From a virus (taxonomy: Duplodnaviria; Caudoviricetes): DNA of 33,591 bases. A program made the translations under genes and the position numbers. The DNA lies in the IMG/VR virus record IMGVR_UViG_3300011338_000415, positions 1 through 33,591 of that record; one strand, written 5' to 3'. The notes under the pieces are model-generated. The model did not search any database, was not told the DNA's origin, and worked only from the letters and a program-made list of their open reading frames with translations. Each line of letters opens with the position of its first letter. Positions within the stretch are counted from its first letter, which is position 1. Shown in pieces: positions 16,927-24,218 of this stretch.

Positions 16927-17112
16927 ATGGCAAATTATAAAGTACATTTAGAAGGAACAAATAAAACAAAAAATTCATTTCAATATTCATTACCTATTTG
17001 CGGTAAAATTTCAACTGGGATTGAATATGACACATTATCAAAAGAAGAATTTTTAAAAAAACCAATTGAACATAGATGCAAAAATTGTAATAATATTTTA
17101 AATAATAAATAA
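16927..17112 (+). CDS. Small putative zinc-binding protein
   Basis: H...CG...CKNC pattern, 61 aa. Confidence 0.65.
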   Translation: MANYKVHLEGTNKTKNSFQYSLPICGKISTGIEYDTLSKEEFLKKPIEHRCKNCNNILNNK

Positions 17113-17120
17113 TTAAACAA

Positions 17121-17140
17121 GGGGTGCGACTTCAACGCAC
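17121..17140 (+). promoter_or_regulatory. GGGG-hairpin intergenic element, copy 2
   Basis: GGG-GTGCG-acttcaa-CGCAC. Confidence 0.45.
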
Positions 17141-17167
17141 AATTTTTAAACTTTAAACTAAAACATT

Positions 17168-17254
17168 ATGAAAGCAGAATTAAAATTATCAGATGTATTA
17201 TTAATCACAGTTTATTGGGTAGTATTTTTTACAATATTATTCTTTTTACTTTAA
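17168..17254 (+). CDS. Small membrane peptide (28 aa)
   Basis: Hand-translated MKAELKLSDVLLITVYWVVFFTILFFLL. Confidence 0.55.
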   Translation: MKAELKLSDVLLITVYWVVFFTILFFLL

Positions 17255-17267
17255 AAACAAATAAGAT

Positions 17268-17663
17268 ATGGAAACAGCAATGCAAAAATTGTTAGAAGAA
17301 GTAATTTTAGAAAGAGAAAAATCTATTAGTGTAGAATTTAGAGATGCATTAGATTTTGTAATTAATGCAATTAAAACAGATTATATAGAACAACCTAAAC
17401 AAGAAACACTTGAAGAAGTTTTAGGAACTCGAATGTGTAAATATAGTGTAATAGAAAATAAACTTGCTATTTTATATAGAAATCAAGTTAAAATTTATAA
17501 TGCTATTACAAAAGAACAAGACAAGAATAAGTACAGTGAAGAAGATATAGCAAAAGCCTTCGATGAGGGTGTAGCTTATGAAACACAAGGAAAACTAATT
17601 AAAGGAAAAGAGTGGATTAAAACCCATAAAAAAGAATGGTTTGAACAATTTAAAAACAAATAA
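17268..17663 (+). CDS. Mosaic hypothetical protein
   Basis: Contains short motifs KQETLEE, EQDKNKYSEE, WFEQFKNK. Confidence 0.7.
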   Translation: METAMQKLLEEVILEREKSISVEFRDALDFVINAIKTDYIEQPKQETLEEVLGTRMCKYSVIENKLAILYRNQVKIYNAITKEQDKNKYSEEDIAKAFDEGVAYETQGKLIKGKEWIKTHKKEWFEQFKNK

Positions 17664-17666
17664 GAT

Positions 17667-17891
17667 ATGAAACAAACAGCAGTAGAATGGTTATTAAATG
17701 AATTTCAAGAAATACATAAAGATTATAGCGGTCTTGATTTAGAATGGTTGAAACGGTTTGAACAAGCCAAAGAAACGGAAAAGCAACAAACTATTGAGTT
17801 TGCGGAGTGGTGTTTAAGTGAATTATTAGATGGTAGTGAGCCAAAAGCAGAAACGATGCAAGGTTTATTAGAAATATTTAAAAACAAATAA
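17667..17891 (+). CDS. Hypothetical protein (MKQTAVEWL type)
   Basis: MKQTAVEWL...FEQAKE.EKQQ...FKNK. Confidence 0.7.
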   Translation: MKQTAVEWLLNEFQEIHKDYSGLDLEWLKRFEQAKETEKQQTIEFAEWCLSELLDGSEPKAETMQGLLEIFKNK

Positions 17892-17894
17892 GAT

Positions 17895-17972
17895 ATGACA
17901 AACTTAGAGAGAATAGAACTAGTATTAGAATTTTATTATCATAGAGGACAAACAAAAAGAATATATAAATAA
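17895..17972 (+). pseudogene. Short, possibly truncated paralogue of 7129..7251
   Basis: MTNLERIELVLEFYYHRGQTKRIYK versus MTNLQRVLRIIKFNYNRGCNK... Confidence 0.45.
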
Positions 17973-17981
17973 TATATAGAT

Positions 17982-18077
17982 ATGATAACAATTTATGTAA
18001 TTATAGCAATCTTATTACCTTTATGGTTTATAGTTTTTATATTAAATGATATTAATCAAAAAATTAATAAAAAATAA
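17982..18077 (+). CDS. Small membrane peptide (31 aa)
   Basis: Hand-translated MITIYVIIAILLPLWFIVFILNDINQKINKK. Confidence 0.55.
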   Translation: MITIYVIIAILLPLWFIVFILNDINQKINKK

Positions 18078-18080
18078 GTT

Positions 18081-18185
18081 ATGGAACAATATAGTAATTG
18101 TTGTGGTGCAGAAAGGCATCACATTTGGGAAGATTTATGTAGTGAATGTTTAGAGGATTTTTGCGAAACTGAAGAGGAGAATTAA
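18081..18185 (+). CDS. Small Cys-rich peptide (34 aa), possible Zn ribbon
   Basis: Hand-translated MEQYSNCCGAERHHIWEDLCSECLEDFCETEEEN. Confidence 0.6.
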   Translation: MEQYSNCCGAERHHIWEDLCSECLEDFCETEEEN

Positions 18186-18217
18186 AAATAATTAATATTT
18201 AGTTATTTAAATTTTAT

Positions 18218-18225
18218 TACATTTG
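18218..18225 (+). promoter_or_regulatory. -7 promoter box of terminase genes
   Basis: TACATTTG ending 17 nt before ATG 18243. Confidence 0.65.
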
Positions 18226-18242
18226 TAAATTAAATTAAAATT

Positions 18243-18680
18243 ATGGCTTACTCAATAGATGAAATAGATAAAATATTTAATTATGTGTGTACTGAAATAG
18301 AAAAAGGGCGTGCATTAAGAAATATATTGAAAGAAAAAGAAATGCCAAGCAGCTCAACTTTTTATCAATGGTTAGACAATAATATAGAAAAATCAAAACA
18401 ATACGCACGCGCGACAGAAGTTAGAGCAGAGATAATTTTTGATGATATTATAGCAATTGCAGACGAAAATACAAATGATACTTATATTGATGATAATGGA
18501 TTTGAAAAAGTAAACAAAGATGTAATACAACGTTCACGTTTGCGTATAGATGCAAGAAAGTGGGTATTGTCAAAATTAAACCCTAAAAAGTTTGGTGAAA
18601 AATTAGATGTTACTTCTGATAATAAACCAATTACACAACCTCCTATATTTGGTGATAATCCTTTAGATGCAAAACAATAA
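18243..18680 (+). CDS. terS: Terminase small subunit
   Basis: HTH MPS.STFYQWL, QYARA.E, RSRLRIDARKW.LSKL.PKKFG; precedes TerL. Confidence 0.9.
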   Translation: MAYSIDEIDKIFNYVCTEIEKGRALRNILKEKEMPSSSTFYQWLDNNIEKSKQYARATEVRAEIIFDDIIAIADENTNDTYIDDNGFEKVNKDVIQRSRLRIDARKWVLSKLNPKKFGEKLDVTSDNKPITQPPIFGDNPLDAKQ

Positions 18681-19938
18681 TTTTAAATACAAACCTACAA
18701 CAGCTTTTTGGAAAATACAAAAGCTTATAAGAGATGGTTTGCCAAAATTTAAGGATAACCAACAAAAGGTATTTATAATACAAGGTGGTCAAGGAGCCGG
18801 TAAAACTATTGCAATTTTAATGAATATTATTGATGCAATAGAACGCACAAAGCAAGAAATAACAATATGTTCAGCAGAGCTTTCAAAAGTAAAAGATACA
18901 GTAGTAAATGACTTCTTAAAAATACTAATTGATTATAACCTTTTTGAACAAAAAAGATACAATAAAGCAGAAACTTCATATAATTACGATAAAGGGCATT
19001 TTGTTGAATTTATAGGATTAGATAAAGCCGATGTAGGAAAAGGTCGTAGAAGAAACATAGTGTATATAAATGAGGCTAATAAAATAACCTTACAACAATT
19101 TACAGATATTTCTGCACGTGCTGAAATTGTAATAATTGATTATAATCCAGATGGAATATTTTGGGGAAATGATTTAATAAATGATTTTAACTTTATAAAT
19201 CTTACTTATTTAGATAATGAGTATTTATCAAAAAATGAGGTTAGAAACATTTTAGCGTATAAAGAAAAAGGATATAATGATGATGGAACTATAAGAAATC
19301 AATATTGGGCAAATAAATGGCGAGTTTATGGTTTAGGAGAAGTTGGTTCTGTTGAAGGTAGAATTTACTATTGGAAAAAAATAGATTATAAAGAATACTT
19401 AAAAATAGATAAATCAATTTATTATGCAGTCGATTGGGGAGGACAAGACCCGTTTGCAGTTGTTGAAATGAAATATCACGATGGTAATTTATACGTTCAC
19501 GAATTAAACTATAAAAGCGAAAATGAAATTAGAAGTAAATTAAATCCTACTCAATTACACCAAATTAATGCTTCTGAAAATGATGGATTAATAACTTGGC
19601 TTTTTTCAAATTGGGGTATTAGAAAAGATAGACCAATAATTTGTGATAACAATAGACCAAATAAAATATTAACATTAAGGCGTTCAGGTTGGGAATATGC
19701 ACAAGCAGTTGGAGGTAAATCAAGGTTATTAGATAGAATAACAATGCTACAAAACATAAACGTTTATTTTACTGATACGTCAACAAATATAAACTTTGAG
19801 CAATTAAATTATTGCTATGAAAAAGATAAATTTGGTAACACTTTAGAAACTCCTTTAGATAAAAATAATCATACTATTGATGCTATTGCTTACGGATTAC
19901 AAAAGTTAGTTTCAGATGGTTTAATAAAAAATATTTAA
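18667..19938 (+). CDS. terL: Terminase large subunit (PBSX-like)
   Basis: Walker A QGGQGAGKT, Walker B YINEAN, DYNP, nuclease DWG...DP and NHTIDA. Confidence 0.93.
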   Translation: MQNNNFKYKPTTAFWKIQKLIRDGLPKFKDNQQKVFIIQGGQGAGKTIAILMNIIDAIERTKQEITICSAELSKVKDTVVNDFLKILIDYNLFEQKRYNKAETSYNYDKGHFVEFIGLDKADVGKGRRRNIVYINEANKITLQQFTDISARAEIVIIDYNPDGIFWGNDLINDFNFINLTYLDNEYLSKNEVRNILAYKEKGYNDDGTIRNQYWANKWRVYGLGEVGSVEGRIYYWKKIDYKEYLKIDKSIYYAVDWGGQDPFAVVEMKYHDGNLYVHELNYKSENEIRSKLNPTQLHQINASENDGLITWLFSNWGIRKDRPIICDNNRPNKILTLRRSGWEYAQAVGGKSRLLDRITMLQNINVYFTDTSTNINFEQLNYCYEKDKFGNTLETPLDKNNHTIDAIAYGLQKLVSDGLIKNI

Positions 19939-19966
19939 TAAAAAACAATTATTATTAAAAAAGTTG

Positions 19967-19974
19967 TAATTTTG
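19967..19974 (+). promoter_or_regulatory. -7 promoter box upstream of portal
   Basis: TAATTTTG in the intergenic gap. Confidence 0.55.
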
Positions 19975-20021
19975 TCAAAATCAATGTTGTGAAAAATACT
20001 AATTTAAACAATAAAAAAAAA

Positions 20022-20057
20022 CCATTATACCTTATTAAATTAGGGTATATAGGCTTT
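20022..20057 (+). terminator. Hairpin in portal leader (possible attenuator)
   Basis: tatacctta-ttaaat-tagggtata followed by a T-rich run. Confidence 0.45.
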
Positions 20058-20070
20058 ATTTCTTTATAAT

Positions 20071-21279
20071 ATGGGGTTCAATTTTAACTTTTCTTATGGT
20101 AATAATAATATGCCTACTTATGTAGAGCGTGATAATACCGGTAATTTTTGGTATCAAATAACTGATATGTTTGGTAATAGTAACTCTAAAAAGTTTAAAT
20201 CTGAACAAAATAAGTTAAATACTGTTTTATCTAATCCAGCAGTTTTAAGAGTTGCTACATTATTATCTGATATTACTTGTCAAGGTAAAGTTGAAAGCTA
20301 TGTTAATAACGAATTAGTAGATAATAATTATTTATATACTTATTCAAGTAAACCAAACGAATGGCAAACTTGGACAGACTTTTTATATGATTATCAATTT
20401 TTTAAATTTCTAGGTAATGCTTATTTGTATGTATCTGGAGATGTTATGTATTTTTTAAGACCACAAGGTTTAAAACTTACTGATAAACAAATTAAATCTT
20501 TTCAAAGTATTTCATTAAGTAAATATGGAAGTAATACAAAAAAGAGTTTAAAAAAAGGACAATTTGAATATGAACAACCTAATGGTATTGTTATAAATTT
20601 AGAGTTATCAAATCTTTATGTTATTTCTGATATAAGTAATAATGTTAGTGGTAATTGGTTAATAGGAAATAGTCGTTTAGATGCCTTATACAATGTAATT
20701 TTAAATAGTGCTTTATCTATTACTTCAAAAGGTAAAAATTTAGAATATACTCAAAAGTTTTTCGCAACAGGACAGCATAATCCTAGTGATGTAGTTTCAA
20801 CTCCAATGAGTGATAATGAAAAGCAAAGTATAGAAAAAGCTTTTAATTCATCAAGACAAATACACGCTACAAAATCAAAAGTAGACTTTACGCATTTAGT
20901 AGAGGATATGAATAAGCTAAAACTAAATGAAGCTTACACACACGATTTATTAGTTATTGCAGATATGTATGGAATACCAAAAGAATTAATTAGCGTTTTA
21001 CAAGGTGGTTCTACATATGAAAATCAAGAAAAAGCAACAGGAAGATTAATTGATTATACTATTAGACCATCTTGCCAACAATTAACCGATATTTTAGAAA
21101 CAATAACATTACAAGAAGATTTAAGAATTTCATTTAAACACTTACCTTTTAACGCAGTATTTGAAGCTGAAAAGATAACAAACCAAACAAGCGAGTTAAA
21201 TAATTTAAAAATAGCTTCTGAATTGGGTTTACCGGAAAATGTAAAAGAAAATAAATTAAAAATGATTTATGGATACTAA
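20071..21279 (+). CDS. Portal protein (HK97-like)
   Basis: PNEWQT..DF, GNAY, G.SRL, IA..YGIP..L, STYENQE; follows TerL. Confidence 0.88.
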   Translation: MGFNFNFSYGNNNMPTYVERDNTGNFWYQITDMFGNSNSKKFKSEQNKLNTVLSNPAVLRVATLLSDITCQGKVESYVNNELVDNNYLYTYSSKPNEWQTWTDFLYDYQFFKFLGNAYLYVSGDVMYFLRPQGLKLTDKQIKSFQSISLSKYGSNTKKSLKKGQFEYEQPNGIVINLELSNLYVISDISNNVSGNWLIGNSRLDALYNVILNSALSITSKGKNLEYTQKFFATGQHNPSDVVSTPMSDNEKQSIEKAFNSSRQIHATKSKVDFTHLVEDMNKLKLNEAYTHDLLVIADMYGIPKELISVLQGGSTYENQEKATGRLIDYTIRPSCQQLTDILETITLQEDLRISFKHLPFNAVFEAEKITNQTSELNNLKIASELGLPENVKENKLKMIYGY

Positions 21280-21382
21280 TAAAGAACAATTACAAAAGAT
21301 TGCTGAAACTACTAAAAATGAAAATTTAAAGCAATCAATAGCAGATAAAATATCTAAAAATGATAAAACCATAGAGAAATGA
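21269..21382 (+). CDS. Small hypothetical protein (37 aa)
   Basis: Hand-translated MDTNKEQLQKIAETTKNENLKQSIADKISKNDKTIEK; ATGA overlap with protease gene. Confidence 0.55.
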   Translation: MDTNKEQLQKIAETTKNENLKQSIADKISKNDKTIEK

Positions 21383-22197
21383 ATATAAATGAAGTAGAAC
21401 AAGTTTTTAAAAATAAGGAGTTACTTATTTCACAAAAACAAAACGCTATGAAGCGTGGCGATGTAATTATTGGAAGTATTCTAAAAGAAGAGTTAAATAA
21501 AGAAGTAGTTACAAAAGCAGAAGGTGATGTTATAGATATGTCAAATGTTGATGTTATTAATGTTAAAGCAATTATTAATACTACTAACGTTATTGATAGT
21601 CATATGGATTGCCATATTCCTGGATTATGGAATAAAACATTAAAAGAAACTAAACTTTTGTATTTACTTCAAGAACACGAAATGGAGTTCGAAAAGATTA
21701 TTGCAGATAGTGTAAATGATGAATTAAAAGCATATACTCAAAATATTGCTTGGAATAAATTAGGGCAATCATTTGAAGGTAATACACAAGCATTAGTATT
21801 TGAAGCTAAAGTAAAAAAAGATGTAAACGAATTTATGTTTAATCTTTATAAAAATGGTCGTGTACTTAATCATTCTATTGGTATGCGTTATGTTAAAATT
21901 TATTTATGTATTAACTCAAATGAAGCTACATACGCAGCTGAAAAAGATAATTGGGATAAATACTATAATGAAGTAGCAAACAAAGAAATAGCAGATGAAA
22001 AAGGCTTCTTTTGGGCAGTTACTGAAGCAAAAATAATTGAAGGTTCAGCAGTTGTAAAAGGAAGTAACGAATATACACCTACATTAGAAATTGAAGCAGA
22101 AAAAATAGAGCCGGCAGAAGTCACTCAAGAAACTGAAATAAAAGATGAGCCGATTATTGAAATCACTCAAATGCGTAAAAAAGGATTATTAATTTAA
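21379..22197 (+). CDS. Prohead maturation protease
   Basis: IDSH.D, L..H, HSIG, E.SAV..GSN..TP; between portal and capsid. Confidence 0.82.
   Translation: MNINEVEQVFKNKELLISQKQNAMKRGDVIIGSILKEELNKEVVTKAEGDVIDMSNVDVINVKAIINTTNVIDSHMDCHIPGLWNKTLKETKLLYLLQEHEMEFEKIIADSVNDELKAYTQNIAWNKLGQSFEGNTQALVFEAKVKKDVNEFMFNLYKNGRVLNHSIGMRYVKIYLCINSNEATYAAEKDNWDKYYNEVANKEIADEKGFFWAVTEAKIIEGSAVVKGSNEYTPTLEIEAEKIEPAEVTQETEIKDEPIIEITQMRKKGLLI
22108..22169 (+). promoter_or_regulatory. Tandem GAG-CC-stem-A-CTC hairpins upstream of capsid gene
   Basis: 22108-22126 and 22146-22169 share the internal loop with different, fully paired upper stems. Confidence 0.45.
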
Positions 22198-22208
22198 AAT
22201 TTAAAAAA

Positions 22209-23420
22209 ATGTTTGTAGAAAAAACAATCGCACAACTTGAAGCAATGACTGCTGAAGAGTTACAAGCTTACAAAACAGAAGAAAAAGCACATAACGAGGC
22301 TAAAACAAAATCCGTTATTGAAGCTGAAGTAAAAGCACAAGTAGAAAAAGCAAAAGATGTTTTAGGTGCTGAAATTGATAATCAATTAACTGAAAAGTTA
22401 GCTGATAAATCAGAAAAAAAAGAAACACTTTTAGAAGTTGTAAAATCTAATCGTGAAAAAATTGACAATTCAACTCGTTCAAAAGGTAACGGACAAATGA
22501 CAGAATTTGTTGTTAAAGCTGATACTTTAAGAGCTAGCGTTACTAACAATGGTTACGCAATGGATTTAACCGATGTAGGACAATATGCTACTCGTAAATT
22601 AACTGTTTACGATTTATTTCCTAAAGTACCGGTTGCACCAAATATGAATGGTGTTGTGCGTTATGTAGATTGGGATACTGCTACATTAGCAAGAGCTGCC
22701 GCTGCAATTGCAGAAGGTGGTGCATTTCCAGAGTCTACTGCCAAATGGGCTACTTATACAATGGCTTTACAAAAAGTTGGTGTAACTATTCCTGTTTCTG
22801 AAGAGTTTACTTATGATGATAGAATGTTTGTTACTGAAGTTGAAAATTTCTTAAGAAACGATGTATCAGTTAAAATTGATACGGATTTAATTAATGCAAA
22901 TGGTACTGCTCCAAACATTAATGGTTTAATTAACCAAGCTACAGCTTATACTGCTGCTGCTTCAGGTATTTCAGACGCTTCAATTTACGATTTAATTGTA
23001 GATGTTAAACGTTCAATTACTTCTGCTTATGGTTCTAAATATGCTCCAGACTTTGCTTTAATGAACATTACTGACATTAACAAAATGTTATTGAAAAAAG
23101 ATGTTAATAAGCAATACGTTGCACCTCCATTTTCACAAAATTCTAATGGAGTTGGTGAATTTATTGTTGCCGGTATTAGAGTTATTGAGTGTAATGCTAT
23201 TACTGCTAATCAAATGGTATTAGGAGATAGTCGTTATGCTAAAATCTATGAAGAGCCAGGATTTGTTGTTGCAACCGGTTATGATGGTTCTGATTGGTCT
23301 AACGATATGATGACTTTAAAAGCTCGTAAGCGTTTAAACTTATTATTAAGAACGGTAGATAGAACTGGATTTGCAAAAGTTTCTTCTATTTCTGCTGCTT
23401 TAACAACTTTAGCATCGTAG
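22209..23420 (+). CDS. Major capsid protein (HK97 fold) with N-terminal coiled-coil delta domain
   Basis: AEGGAFPES, VSEE...D, G...P...GL, MN..D; 403 aa. Confidence 0.92.
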   Translation: MFVEKTIAQLEAMTAEELQAYKTEEKAHNEAKTKSVIEAEVKAQVEKAKDVLGAEIDNQLTEKLADKSEKKETLLEVVKSNREKIDNSTRSKGNGQMTEFVVKADTLRASVTNNGYAMDLTDVGQYATRKLTVYDLFPKVPVAPNMNGVVRYVDWDTATLARAAAAIAEGGAFPESTAKWATYTMALQKVGVTIPVSEEFTYDDRMFVTEVENFLRNDVSVKIDTDLINANGTAPNINGLINQATAYTAAASGISDASIYDLIVDVKRSITSAYGSKYAPDFALMNITDINKMLLKKDVNKQYVAPPFSQNSNGVGEFIVAGIRVIECNAITANQMVLGDSRYAKIYEEPGFVVATGYDGSDWSNDMMTLKARKRLNLLLRTVDRTGFAKVSSISAALTTLAS

Positions 23421-23424
23421 TAAT

Positions 23425-23586
23425 ATGATAAAGGTAGAATTTACAAGTGATTTTGCTACCAAAAAGAAAGGTGATGTTTGGGAGTGTGACTCCCAGCTTG
23501 CCTCTCAACTTGTTCACGTTGAAAAAGTGGCAAAATACACTACAGAAGATAAACCAAAAGTAAATAAAACTAAAAAAGAAGAGTAA
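23425..23586 (+). CDS. Small head-associated protein (53 aa), ribosomal L9 N-terminal-like pattern
   Basis: Hand-translated MIKVEFTSDFATKKKGDVWECDSQLASQLV... Confidence 0.6.
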   Translation: MIKVEFTSDFATKKKGDVWECDSQLASQLVHVEKVAKYTTEDKPKVNKTKKEE

Positions 23587-24218
23587 TGTTTATAATAGAC
23601 GATTCATATTTTACAGGAAAAATTAACGTTCCAAACGTTACGGAATATAATGGTAGCACAATTGAAGCAATTGATGACTACATTAATAAATATGGGCGTT
23701 TATTTATGCGTGAAACTCTTGGAAATGTTTTATTTAAAGATTTGATGTTAAACCTAGATAATGGTGAGCTAAAAGAAGATGCTTCTCAAAAATGGGTTGA
23801 TTTGATAAATGGTAAAGAATACACTAAAAACGGGGAAACTTATACTTGGCAAGGAATTAAAGGAGGGTGCGATTTGTATAAAGACTCCGTTTTAGCGTAT
23901 TTTGTTTACTTAAATTATTTTGAAATTACTTATTTTACTGGATTTAGTTTAGCTTCAACAGAGGCAAAAAATAGCACTATAATCAATCCAAGTAATCATT
24001 TAGTTGAAATACATAATGACTTTGTTAGTTTGTATCAAGGTTCATCAACTTATAATCCTATTAATTATTTTCATTCTAATGAAGTAATATTTAGAGATTT
24101 TTATCATTCAAATGATAGTGGTTTTGTAAGTTATATGCAATTTTTATTGGATAATGAAGCTAACTATCCAAAAGTTTCAATTAAGCCATTACAATTTAAA
24201 AATAGTTTAGGTATATGA
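23586..24218 (+). CDS. Putative head-tail adaptor
   Basis: Position after capsid; mainly helical, 210 aa. Confidence 0.6.
   Translation: MFIIDDSYFTGKINVPNVTEYNGSTIEAIDDYINKYGRLFMRETLGNVLFKDLMLNLDNGELKEDASQKWVDLINGKEYTKNGETYTWQGIKGGCDLYKDSVLAYFVYLNYFEITYFTGFSLASTEAKNSTIINPSNHLVEIHNDFVSLYQGSSTYNPINYFHSNEVIFRDFYHSNDSGFVSYMQFLLDNEANYPKVSIKPLQFKNSLGI

Larger units (their letters stand above)
17250..17897 (+). repeat. Three identical 21-bp gene-junction repeats TTTAAAAACAAATAAGATATG
   Basis: Copies at 17250-17270, 17649-17669 and 17877-17897, each ending in the ATG of the next gene. Confidence 0.92.

Noticed and set aside
17250-17897. CRISPR-like or attC-like array
   Set aside because: The spacers are whole genes of unequal length, the repeats are not palindromic, and no cas or integron integrase is present.
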